64,000 nt of DNA from a virus: positions 11,555-75,554 of IMG/VR virus record IMGVR_UViG_3300044618_000713. One strand, given 5' to 3'. A model generated the notes under the pieces. It saw nothing but the letters and a program-made list of their open reading frames with translations. It did no database searches and had not been told where the DNA came from. The position numbers were made by a program, and so were the translations under genes. Below, piece by piece: positions 1 to 8,785 of the stretch (the first letter of the stretch is position 1; each line of letters begins with the position of its first letter).

Positions 1-492
1 CGTGGCGTAGCGGCTCGGCATCATGGCAGCGTACTCGTTCAGCTTCTGCTGGGCCTGAAGCAGGACAAGCGAAGTGGCCGGGGTCGTGCCGGGGGTGCCG
101 ACGGACGAGAAGATCGACTTGTAAGCATTGGCGACGTCAGCGTCGATGGAGGACGCAAGCTGCGAGATACGCGGCTTGAGCACACGGTCGGCGAAGTCGT
201 CGAGCTGCATGGTCAGTTCGGCCGACGTGAAGTTGACGCCAATGTGCTTCTGGCTGGAGACGGTGAGCGAGGTGTGCTGCTCGTTGTCGTCCTGCACCTG
301 AAGGGCAGCACCGTCGGTCACCAGCGCACGGTCGGGCAGACGGATGCGGAGGGTAGAACCGATCTTGGCACCTTCGACAGCGAAGCTGTCGTCGTAGGCG
401 CGGTTGACGTTGCGGGTGATCACCAGGTTGTTCTCAAGGATTTCGAGAGCCTTCCGGGTGATCATGTCGATAGTAAGAATGCTGTTAGCCAT
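1..492 (-). CDS. P22-family major capsid protein, 5' part (runs off window)
   Basis: My translation MANSILTIDMITRKALEILENNLVITRNVNRAYDDSFAVEGAKIGSTLRIRLPDR resembles P22 coat family; directly follows the scaffold gene. Confidence 0.88.
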   Translation of the reverse strand, partial: MANSILTIDMITRKALEILENNLVITRNVNRAYDDSFAVEGAKIGSTLRIRLPDRALVTDGAALQVQDDNEQHTSLTVSSQKHIGVNFTSAELTMQLDDFADRVLKPRISQLASSIDADVANAYKSIFSSVGTPGTTPATSLVLLQAQQKLNEYAAMMPSRYAT

Positions 493-507
493 TGTCTTTT
501 CCTTGGC

Positions 508-1284
508 TTAGCGTTTGCGTTGTGCCTCGTACTTCTTCGTCTGACGCAGCCGTTCTGCTTCAATCCATTCCGACGTTGACATGCTCTTGATAGAGCGCGG
601 GTCGGTGGTGTCGAACGCAGGCGCACCAGAGGTGCGGGCCGTGACCGGACTGATAGGAGCCGGGGCGGTTGAAGTCTTCTTGGCCGGTGGAGACGACGCC
701 AGTCTGGCCTCGATCTTCCCGATTTCCCGTGCCTGCAAGAGCGGGCTGAGGCGCGCAATCCGTTCGGCTTCCTTTGGGTTCGACCCCAAGTGATAGATCA
801 CATCGGGACCGATCTCGGAAGACTGAATGGTTTGCGCCATCGTTTCCGTGATTGGCAGCTTCGGGTTGTAGGCGACCTGTTCAAAGTCGTCGTACTTGCC
901 GCGGGCTTCCTCTTCACGGTCCTGATAGGCTTCGAGCGTTGCCGTGCGTTCCGCCTCCGCTTCCCGCTGGGCCAGCATCTCTGCCGCCTTGCGTTCCGCC
1001 ATGGCTTCTGCGTAGGCTTGCGCGTTGGTGAAGTCGTCGGGCTTCAGCGGTTCCGGCGGTGGTGCCGGGGACTGGGCCGTCTGCTTCCGCGCTTGCTCGC
1101 GCTCCCATTTCCGTTGTTCTCTTGCGAGACGTTTGCCGACGATGGCGTCCAGTTCTTCCTGAGAGAAGGTCTTGGGCGCATCCGTAGGCGTCGGTTCCGG
1201 CGATGAATTGTCTGGTTCAGAAACGGGGGCCGCCGTGGGAGCCTGTTCCGGCGCGGTCGCAACCGCTAGTTCGTTCTCGGTCAT
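508..1284 (-). CDS. Scaffolding protein
   Basis: KTFSQEELDAIVGKRLARE motif, charged helical content, immediately upstream of the coat gene. Confidence 0.8.
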   Translation of the reverse strand: MTENELAVATAPEQAPTAAPVSEPDNSSPEPTPTDAPKTFSQEELDAIVGKRLAREQRKWEREQARKQTAQSPAPPPEPLKPDDFTNAQAYAEAMAERKAAEMLAQREAEAERTATLEAYQDREEEARGKYDDFEQVAYNPKLPITETMAQTIQSSEIGPDVIYHLGSNPKEAERIARLSPLLQAREIGKIEARLASSPPAKKTSTAPAPISPVTARTSGAPAFDTTDPRSIKSMSTSEWIEAERLRQTKKYEAQRKR

Positions 1285-1388
1285 TCACTTACCTTTCGGT
1301 TCCTGGCGTACCCTGCCAGTAGGGTTAGGCTTTGTGTAACCCAATTTGTTACGGGTTAGCAACCCTGACGTTTTATGCGTTGGAAACA

Positions 1389-3521
1389 TCAAGGTCTGAA
1401 CGACCCGTCATATTGGATGCAATTAATAAATTTGTTTGTTGCAGAGCCAGTGCCAGTGGAGAATAAACTGTTTGCGTTGTTAGTGCCAGAGTTTCTGGCG
1501 ACAGCATTGTTTACGACTACATACGAACAGTTATTGAGGTATATACCATAAGTAGACGGATGGTTGTTGTCGTTGTAACAAACAGACCGAACTTCACCAT
1601 ACAAAAGTCCGCTTACCTCAACAGCCCTAGATGCGTTTGTGCCGCAATTTCGGATAAAATCCCGCCCAAGCGAAACACCGTAAGACCCGGCTGCAACAAG
1701 ACCTTGCAACGGAAACCCGACAACAGTGTTACCATCGGTCCTTACAAAGTTTGATGTTGAAAGATTTATGCCGCGCTGCGTTGTTGTTACCCCGTCAGCG
1801 GTAACACTGTTGTCTTTCACAACCAAATCGTAGTTGTAATTGGCAGAGATGCCTGTTGTAGACCCCCTGACAATATTACCTTCGACCAGAACACGTGCGC
1901 TCGTCCCCATACTGATTGCGCCTTGTCCACCAGTGTTGTCGTGGACAAAATTGTTTCTGACGATGATGTTATCGTTATTACCTTCGCGGCCATACACACC
2001 CCAACCACGCGCGGCGAGGACCGGGTTAATACTTAGTGTTCCAGAACCTGCATCTGGAAACGAAGATACCTCTTGCCACCCAAAAGCAACGCCAATCTTA
2101 ATTTTTGACTGCGTAGCGTCAATGTCAACAATCTGATAGCGGGTGTCGGTAACGTTTGCAGGCCATACAGCACCAGAGGCTGTCTGTTTCACCAGCCACA
2201 TGCCGACGTTAATACCTAAGTCGTCAGTCAACCTATCGACGCCAGCGGTGCCGCTTGTTACAGTCATGAAGCCTGTCGCAAGATCGAAGTTAGAAACCCC
2301 TAACCTATCCCCTGTGCGATATACGGGGTCGTCAAATTGGGTGCCACCAGCAGCAGACGCGATACCTCCACCCGCATTATTAAACACTTCATTTTCTTCA
2401 ATAATTACTTCGCTACCAAAAACGACAATAATGCCCGTGTTGTCATTATTGTATACGCGATTGCGCCTAATGACACACTGCATAATTGCCGATTGGCCGT
2501 TTGCCATGTAAAGATTTGCTTCAACGTCGATCCCAGCTTGAGGCGAATTAGTAACGGCCCCAGAAAGATCGCAACCCTCAATCAAACACCCATGCACGGC
2601 AACCACCGAGATCACGTTACGCCCCGGATTGGTGCCCTTGCAATCTATGATGCTGATGTTTTTTGAAACATTGTTGGCGGCGGGGTTGCCACCAATGTAG
2701 AAACAGTCATCACCGCCGCCGCCGGACCCATCGGCCCACAGGCCGCGCACAGAACACCGATCAGCACCTTGCAAGATGTAAATGTTATGGCTGCTTTGTG
2801 AGCCGTCCATCGTGGTCTTTGCGCCGTACCCCCAAATATGAACATCAGGCTGTTGAATCTGAAAACAGCGAGAACCGCCGCTAATCGCGACAATGTTTAC
2901 CCCCGGCTCAAGAAAAATAAACGTGTCGGCGACTGGAATAATCCGGTCTGTTAGATAAGTCCCCTTGGGAAAATACAGAGTTTTTCCTGCGGCAGCAGCA
3001 ACAGCCGCATAGATAGCCGTCGTGTCAATCGTAATGCCGTCTCCAGCAGCACCAAAGTCTTTCACGGATATAATATCGCGCATTTTATCTTGAGCGGATC
3101 GTGCAACTGCACCCGCGCCAGAAGATAAGAAACCGATCCAGTCAGACCCATCTGCATCCGCCAAATCTTCAACATTACCGATTTGGTTATTAAACCCAGT
3201 AAAAGTAATCTGAGATGCGGGCGGGGGTGCAGGAACAGAGACGTTGTCGTATGTACCCAACAAAACCGACGCAGATGTGTTGATAACAAATTTGTAATCT
3301 GAACCCTCAGTCAACCAAATCTGGCCACCTGGCACACGCCCCGCGCTGTCTAACACGATAGGGTTAGTGTGCGGCGTGCCGCCCGTTACAGAAGTGTATG
3401 TAGTTTGCGGCGTAGTCGTACCGGCTGCGTAGGTATATATTTTACCCCCGGACAACGGTTGACCGTTGTTGTCAAAAAACTGACCTGCATAACCGCCAAT
3501 AGGCGAGGGATTAACTGGCAT
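1389..3521 (-). CDS. Tailspike/depolymerase-like protein (virion-binding N-terminus plus pectin-lyase beta-helix)
   Basis: N-term GQFFDNNGQPLSGGKIYTYAAGTTTP; ARSAQDKMRDIISVKDFGAAGDG pectate-lyase-3-like start; parallel beta-helix repeats; lower GC. Confidence 0.78.
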   Translation of the reverse strand: MPVNPSPIGGYAGQFFDNNGQPLSGGKIYTYAAGTTTPQTTYTSVTGGTPHTNPIVLDSAGRVPGGQIWLTEGSDYKFVINTSASVLLGTYDNVSVPAPPPASQITFTGFNNQIGNVEDLADADGSDWIGFLSSGAGAVARSAQDKMRDIISVKDFGAAGDGITIDTTAIYAAVAAAAGKTLYFPKGTYLTDRIIPVADTFIFLEPGVNIVAISGGSRCFQIQQPDVHIWGYGAKTTMDGSQSSHNIYILQGADRCSVRGLWADGSGGGGDDCFYIGGNPAANNVSKNISIIDCKGTNPGRNVISVVAVHGCLIEGCDLSGAVTNSPQAGIDVEANLYMANGQSAIMQCVIRRNRVYNNDNTGIIVVFGSEVIIEENEVFNNAGGGIASAAGGTQFDDPVYRTGDRLGVSNFDLATGFMTVTSGTAGVDRLTDDLGINVGMWLVKQTASGAVWPANVTDTRYQIVDIDATQSKIKIGVAFGWQEVSSFPDAGSGTLSINPVLAARGWGVYGREGNNDNIIVRNNFVHDNTGGQGAISMGTSARVLVEGNIVRGSTTGISANYNYDLVVKDNSVTADGVTTTQRGINLSTSNFVRTDGNTVVGFPLQGLVAAGSYGVSLGRDFIRNCGTNASRAVEVSGLLYGEVRSVCYNDNNHPSTYGIYLNNCSYVVVNNAVARNSGTNNANSLFSTGTGSATNKFINCIQYDGSFRP

Positions 3522-3590
3522 ACTTATACCCTCAATATATCCGTTAACAAAAACGTGTGCGCGACAGCCATGACAAACAAACTAAGCATG

Positions 3591-4739
3591 TCAGTACGCT
3601 TTCGTCACACTGTTAGTCCATGCCTCAGCAGAGGCAATCGTTGAGGCCGACAGATTTGTTGCGGAGAAACGCGCAATTAAGCTATAGAGCCTGCCGTTAA
3701 AATATCCAGCCGCAGTAGCTTGTCTGCCTATGTATAGTACCTGCGAACCAAAACTTGTCACCCCACTATCCGTAGCAGAGCCCGTTGCCTTGACCGTTCC
3801 GTTTTCTCTCAAGGAAATTTCACCTGCTCCTGCTGCGGCGGCGTCATACAGAGTTGAAAACACAACTGTATACGGCGCGACTTTGGTAACGCGCGGTGAC
3901 AAGTTAAGAGCCGACCCATATAGAACGGCGCGGTAGGCATCCGTCGAACCATCGCCAGTAATAAGACGCATCATGGCATCTGTCGCAGTAGTAGTGGTAT
4001 CGCCAAACTGCCACACGGGGCTATTGTTTGACCTTGGCAATCCTACTCTGGTGCCTGCAAACATCTGCGCTTTTGTTACGCTGCCAGGGTTAATGCTCGC
4101 CGTGGCAAGAAAATCCGCCGTACCATCAAAGAAAAGGTAATACGGGAAATTTGTGGTGTCGTAATCAGTAGCTGTGGTGACACGCTGATAGGCTGGGAGA
4201 CCTACGCCATCGCTGGTGACGCGGAGATCTGCGTTTGTAACCGTTCCCGATACGGTAATGGTAAGCGATCCGGCAGTGCAAGTAATAGAGTTGCTTCCTG
4301 CGGTATACGTTCCGGTGGCTGTACCCGATAACGTGACGGAACCATCGCCGCTAAAGGCGAGCGTGTAAGCCGTTGCAACAGTTGTTACCGATTGCGTAGA
4401 CAGCGTAGCCGTAGCCAAAAGCTGGTTCACCCTAGCACTCAGCACGGGGCAAGAGGCTGGTGTGGCTTGCGTGGCGGTGTTGCCGCGACCGGACTTGTCA
4501 AGAATGCGGCCTACAGATTGCTCCACCGCTGTAACAGGCGTGGTCCCCGCGCTGTCTTGGAACATCGTGGTGAAATCGGACGGGTCGTACCAAACACCTT
4601 GCTCGCCCGCTGCAAAAAGCGAAGCAGGGTTAAATGCTTGACCTGCCGACAGCATCATCACGCCGTAACTGGGCTGGTAATAGTCCAGATACCGCTTAAT
4701 GCGGTCGCCGCCATCAAAACCAGCCGGGGAGCGGATCAT
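3591..4739 (-). CDS. Head-fibre-like protein with LamG/ConA-like domain (paralog of 39720-40814)
   Basis: WYDPSDFTTMFQDS...DKSGRGN...FDGTADFL...YIGR...FNGRLY LamG-like signature. Confidence 0.7.
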   Translation of the reverse strand: MIRSPAGFDGGDRIKRYLDYYQPSYGVMMLSAGQAFNPASLFAAGEQGVWYDPSDFTTMFQDSAGTTPVTAVEQSVGRILDKSGRGNTATQATPASCPVLSARVNQLLATATLSTQSVTTVATAYTLAFSGDGSVTLSGTATGTYTAGSNSITCTAGSLTITVSGTVTNADLRVTSDGVGLPAYQRVTTATDYDTTNFPYYLFFDGTADFLATASINPGSVTKAQMFAGTRVGLPRSNNSPVWQFGDTTTTATDAMMRLITGDGSTDAYRAVLYGSALNLSPRVTKVAPYTVVFSTLYDAAAAGAGEISLRENGTVKATGSATDSGVTSFGSQVLYIGRQATAAGYFNGRLYSLIARFSATNLSASTIASAEAWTNSVTKAY

Positions 4740-5011
4740 GCGTAGTAAGACACGTTGATGGTTGCGGAAGCCGTCTGCTGGATGAACTGGATGGCCTTGA
4801 GGTCGCCGTCGTAGGACAGCGACACGCCCGTGGCCAGCGGCATCCCGACCGAGGCGGTCGGCGCCGTGCCGTCATCGCGCCAGCGAACGGCCTGCGTCTC
4901 CGCAACGACCAAGGCCAGAGTGGCCCCGACCGGGACGGTCAGCGCAGTCGATGCAGACAGGCTGGTGATCTGCTGGTAGCCCAAACACTGCGTGGTGGTC
5001 TTAAGGCCCAT
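4736..5011 (-). CDS. Small beta-rich virion protein, putative fibre base
   Basis: 91 aa, VRWRDDGTAPTASVGMPL; translationally coupled to the fibre gene. Confidence 0.55.
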   Translation of the reverse strand: MGLKTTTQCLGYQQITSLSASTALTVPVGATLALVVAETQAVRWRDDGTAPTASVGMPLATGVSLSYDGDLKAIQFIQQTASATINVSYYA

Positions 5012-5021
5012 GATAGCCTCC

Positions 5022-5387
5022 TTATGCGAGGAACTTGAGTTTGTAAATCGTAGTATAGTACAACCCTACGATCTCGTCGATGACGTTCTGAAGTGGCGTG
5101 CAGTCCTTGTCTACCACCTTATACCGAATGTCTTCAATTTCTGTCGCCTGCCGCTCAAGAAATTCCAGCACGTTGCTGGACTTGTCCGCCGACATCAGCA
5201 TGACCGGCCCGATCAGGCCGTACTTGCCCTGGTACATTTCGGCAAACTTGTCGGCAAGGTCGATGATTGCCGGGTAGAACTTACCCAACGCCTTGTGCTT
5301 GGCAAACGACCGTGTGTTGAGGTGTGCCGAGTGCGTTACGTCGCGCGCAAGGAACAGCATACCTAGAAACTTGTCGCAACCGCTCAT
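5022..5387 (-). CDS. Ferritin/Dps-like four-helix protein (DUF5856-like)
   Basis: HSAHLNTRSFAKHKALGKFY...LADKFAEMYQG pattern. Confidence 0.7.
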   Translation of the reverse strand: MSGCDKFLGMLFLARDVTHSAHLNTRSFAKHKALGKFYPAIIDLADKFAEMYQGKYGLIGPVMLMSADKSSNVLEFLERQATEIEDIRYKVVDKDCTPLQNVIDEIVGLYYTTIYKLKFLA

Positions 5388-7534
5388 ACAGGGGCTCCTT
5401 CAACAGGCATTTCGGGCGGCAGCGGCATCTGGCGTTCGGACGGCTGCGGCATCGTCGGGCGTCCGTTTGAGATGTCGCCCGTTTCGATGGCCGCTGCGAT
5501 GGTGCCCATGACGATGTCCTGTATCTGGTCAGGCGTCATGGCGTTCTGGACCGCCGAGATGCGCTTGGTCTCGGCGTCATACGCTTTAATCTGCAACTCC
5601 TGCGCTTCCATCGAGTTCTGGATGTTCTCGACCATACCCATGGTTTGGTTGAGCTGCTGGGTCAGCGCCTCGATCATCTGCTCGGCAGACTGGAGTTCCG
5701 GCGACTTGTCGTCCTCGGCCAGCACTTTCGGGTCGATGATCTTCTTGAAGCGGGCCGCCATCTCCTGCGCACCCGGCCAGTCCATGTTCTTGATGAACAG
5801 GTCGCCCGCCACCTGCCACAACTGCGGGCTGGTCTGGAGGATGTTGGCCATGGCCTCGACGGCCTCCTGGCGCTTGGTCAGATAGCTCGGGCCCGTGGTG
5901 ATGACGACGTCGTAGGTGCCGACCGTCGGGTTGTAGATCTTCTCAATGACGTTGCCCGCAGCGTCCATGATCGGCTTGACCGGCTCGGGCTGCTGCGGGT
6001 TGATCTTGGCCATGCCAACCTCACCGTCAACGCCGATGATGCGCGCGATGCGCTCGGTGTCGTAGATCTTGGGGATCATGTCCACAAGCTGGCGGGTGAT
6101 GTGGCGGATGGCGCGGCCGAGGTTGTCAACGTAGTGGTAGGTGCCCGTGTCGCCCTCCTGCACGCGCGCGAGGATGGCCTTGCCAGAGCGTTCGTTGCCC
6201 TGCTGGCCGAGGCTGGCGTTGTACTGGCCGGTCGTAGACTTGATGTCCTCCGCGGCGCCCATCTTGGCCTGAATAAGGCCCGTCTGCGCCATTGGCGGCT
6301 GAGAACGCTGCGGGAGAGGCAGGACATTTCCCGCGCCGTCGGTCACATCCGGGTTCACTTCGAGGTACGGCCAGTTGGTCGTGTTGGCCGTCTTCCACTG
6401 CATCTCGTATCCTTCAAACTGGCCGCCATAAGCAACGAAGGGTGCCTTGGGCGCCAAGGCCAGCATCTCGGCCTCCTGGCTGGTCCAGTAGTTGTACATG
6501 CGCTGCGCGTCCTTGGCGTTGCGCACCAACCCGGAGATGTACAGGCGTCCGTCTACCTCAAACTCGTTGCCGACGACCCGCACGACCGGGATGTACTTGC
6601 CGATCCACTCGCGTTCGTCCAGCACCTCGTAGCCGTTGGTCTTGACCCACATGACCTTGCGGCGGTCAACGGTGCGGGTGCGCACCGGCTGGCCAAACAT
6701 GGCCTTGAGCTGTCCGTCCTGCGGCGTACCGTTGAAGGCCGTCACGTTGCCGGGGTACAGGTTCAGCTTGGCCTTCTCATGGTCGATGTAGAAGTATTCC
6801 GCGATACGGACGGTGTTCTGACTAATCCATTGGCTTAGTGACTGGTCGCCAATACCCTGCGCCATGATGGACGTGATGGGTGCTGCGTCGGGGAACATCC
6901 GCTCAAACTCTTCCTTGAGCAGGTCTTCCGTAATGAAGCACCACTTGGCGTCGGACCCGCACGGGTCTTGGATCGTCGGGTCCATATAGACGCTGAACGA
7001 GTTGCGGATGCGGCCGATGCGCAGATCCTGATCAAAACTGTCTTCTCGTGCATATTCTGTCAGGATGCGGATGTAGCCCTCGCCGTAGGTCACCTGGTTG
7101 TCGCAGGCGGTGTCGTAGGCCACGTCGGCGTCCGACATATACTCGATGTGCCGGATGATGCCGTCGAAAACCTCGGCCACTGCCACGTCGGCGTTGTCGT
7201 CAGCCGGGATCACCTTGCCGCTGGGCCGGTTCTGCCGCTGCTGGTTGGTGACCTGCCGGACGTGCTGCGGCAGCTTGTTGATGGTCAGACAGGGGCGCGC
7301 GTTGATCGTCTGGCCCTGCACAGAGCCACGCGTCGCCAGCACGTCGGCGGGCCACTGCCACTGGTTGTCGGGCGAGCCTGCCATGAAGCGCAGGTCGTCC
7401 AGTTCGTCCTCGCGGCTTTCGCCCAAGGCAGAAATGGCCATGGTAAAGCGCGACCGCATGGTCGAGAGCATGTCGCTCTTGTCCGTACCGCCGTTGGCGA
7501 CCTTGGCCGCGCCTTTCAGACCATCATCAGCCAT
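5384..7534 (-). CDS. P22-like portal protein
   Basis: 716 aa; RPCLTINKL, GLVRNAKDAQRMYNYW, SGKAILAR motifs. Confidence 0.92.
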   Translation of the reverse strand: MADDGLKGAAKVANGGTDKSDMLSTMRSRFTMAISALGESREDELDDLRFMAGSPDNQWQWPADVLATRGSVQGQTINARPCLTINKLPQHVRQVTNQQRQNRPSGKVIPADDNADVAVAEVFDGIIRHIEYMSDADVAYDTACDNQVTYGEGYIRILTEYAREDSFDQDLRIGRIRNSFSVYMDPTIQDPCGSDAKWCFITEDLLKEEFERMFPDAAPITSIMAQGIGDQSLSQWISQNTVRIAEYFYIDHEKAKLNLYPGNVTAFNGTPQDGQLKAMFGQPVRTRTVDRRKVMWVKTNGYEVLDEREWIGKYIPVVRVVGNEFEVDGRLYISGLVRNAKDAQRMYNYWTSQEAEMLALAPKAPFVAYGGQFEGYEMQWKTANTTNWPYLEVNPDVTDGAGNVLPLPQRSQPPMAQTGLIQAKMGAAEDIKSTTGQYNASLGQQGNERSGKAILARVQEGDTGTYHYVDNLGRAIRHITRQLVDMIPKIYDTERIARIIGVDGEVGMAKINPQQPEPVKPIMDAAGNVIEKIYNPTVGTYDVVITTGPSYLTKRQEAVEAMANILQTSPQLWQVAGDLFIKNMDWPGAQEMAARFKKIIDPKVLAEDDKSPELQSAEQMIEALTQQLNQTMGMVENIQNSMEAQELQIKAYDAETKRISAVQNAMTPDQIQDIVMGTIAAAIETGDISNGRPTMPQPSERQMPLPPEMPVEGAPV

Positions 7535-8170
7535 TTACCTCTTGCTTCCTGTTCCGGGGCCAAACTTCTCCATGCCGCCGCGCGACGAGCGGCTTGCGCC
7601 GCCGGTCGAACGGCTTGCGCTAGATGTAGCTGTCCGGTTACCCGTCATGCTTGACACGTTGCGGCCGCTGCTGTCTTTGCGCGGGCCAGCCTCGCCTCTT
7701 TTTGCCATGGCATTGCGCTGCATCTGCTGGAAGGCTGTACCACCAGTTTTTGTCGCAACGCCAGCCTTGGTCACGGTCGAGCCAGTCGTCTTGCCGCTGG
7801 TAAAGCCCGTTGTGTCGCCCGTTGCGCGGTTGACCGCCATGCGGGCGGGTGCGGTTGCAGGGGCGTTGGCAGGCGTAACGCGCTCAGAAACGGTCGTGCG
7901 AATAACCTGCGGAGGCTTGGGCTTGGGCTTGGGCACGGGCGCGGCGGCTTTCTGCTTAAGTTTGGCCAACTGCTGCCTGCTGTACTCGTCCATGCGCTGG
8001 CCAACGGGCTTTACGGGCCCAATCGGCTTGCTGTACTTTATGCCAAAGGGGCCAAAACCGCCCGACAATTTGCTCTTTGGTTGCGTACTTCCTTGAAAGT
8101 CGCCTTTGTAGTCGGCGGTGTTGGGAATTTGACCGCGGTCTGATTTATACGCAACAGAACGTTTAGCCAT
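7535..8170 (-). CDS. Basic low-complexity protein (K/R/G/S/T-rich)
   Basis: ORF fills the gap between the portal and the small basic genes. Confidence 0.55.
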   Translation of the reverse strand: MAKRSVAYKSDRGQIPNTADYKGDFQGSTQPKSKLSGGFGPFGIKYSKPIGPVKPVGQRMDEYSRQQLAKLKQKAAAPVPKPKPKPPQVIRTTVSERVTPANAPATAPARMAVNRATGDTTGFTSGKTTGSTVTKAGVATKTGGTAFQQMQRNAMAKRGEAGPRKDSSGRNVSSMTGNRTATSSASRSTGGASRSSRGGMEKFGPGTGSKR

Positions 8171-8171
8171 C

Positions 8172-8312
8172 TTACTTGCCCTTTTTGTTCTGTGCCTTGC
8201 GCTTCGTCGCGTAGGCGATGGCCACAGACTGCTTTGCGGGTTTGCCCGCAGCCATTTCAGTCTTGATATTCTTGCGGAAGGCGGATTTACTGGAGTTTTT
8301 GACTAACGGCAT
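8172..8312 (-). CDS. Small basic protein (46 aa)
   Basis: My translation MPLVKNSSKSAFRKNIKTEMAAGKPAKQSVAIAYATKRKAQNKKGK; abuts both neighbours. Confidence 0.7.
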   Translation of the reverse strand: MPLVKNSSKSAFRKNIKTEMAAGKPAKQSVAIAYATKRKAQNKKGK

Positions 8313-8313
8313 G

Positions 8314-8526
8314 TCACTTGTCCTTTCTGGAGCCCTTGACGCGCTTCATGCCGGGCAGCCCGCCGTAGCTGGACAGCGACCGCTGCGCGGTTTTGGCTGA
8401 TTTCTTGAAGTCGGCGGCAGTTGGAGCACCTTTGGCGCCAACTTTCCGCATCTTTTCGCCTGATCCGGCGGCAATGCGGGCCTTTTTAGCGTGAATTGCA
8501 GCGTAAAGTCCGGGTTTCTTGGCCAT
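8314..8526 (-). CDS. Small basic protein
   Basis: MAKKPGLYAAIHAKKARIAAGSGEKMRK; GGAAG RBS-like sequence upstream. Confidence 0.7.
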   Translation of the reverse strand: MAKKPGLYAAIHAKKARIAAGSGEKMRKVGAKGAPTAADFKKSAKTAQRSLSSYGGLPGMKRVKGSRKDK

Positions 8527-8527
8527 T

Positions 8528-8785
8528 TTAGCACTTCCACCGTCTCATTGAGGCTTTGGCGCGGCTGCCTTCGCCTGCTTTGGCTGCAATTGGTCGCATA
8601 CGCTTACAAAACGACGTTTTTCGCGCCTGTTCTGCATCATTACGCGGGTTTGGCGCGGGCGGCTTCAACTTGCTGCCCGTCGCCTTGTTGTACTTGGCAC
8701 GTCCCTTGGCCGTCAGCCCGGCGCCCTTGCTGACGGGCAGCTTCTCACCGCGTCCTACCGACAAAGATACGCCTTTGCGCGCCAT
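8528..8785 (-). CDS. Small basic protein (DUF6321-like)
   Basis: GLTAKGRAKYN...SFCKRM...RRWKC; start overlaps the terL stop. Confidence 0.65.
   Translation of the reverse strand: MARKGVSLSVGRGEKLPVSKGAGLTAKGRAKYNKATGSKLKPPAPNPRNDAEQARKTSFCKRMRPIAAKAGEGSRAKASMRRWKC

Noticed and set aside
3524-3589. 21-codon ORF MLSLFVMAVAHTFLLTDILRV filling the gap between fibre and spike genes
   Set aside because: Too short, no clear RBS; cannot be distinguished from chance
3591-4739. Duplicate fibre genes as a diversity-generating retroelement TR/VR pair
   Set aside because: Differences are not adenine-specific, both copies are full genes, and no reverse transcriptase is present
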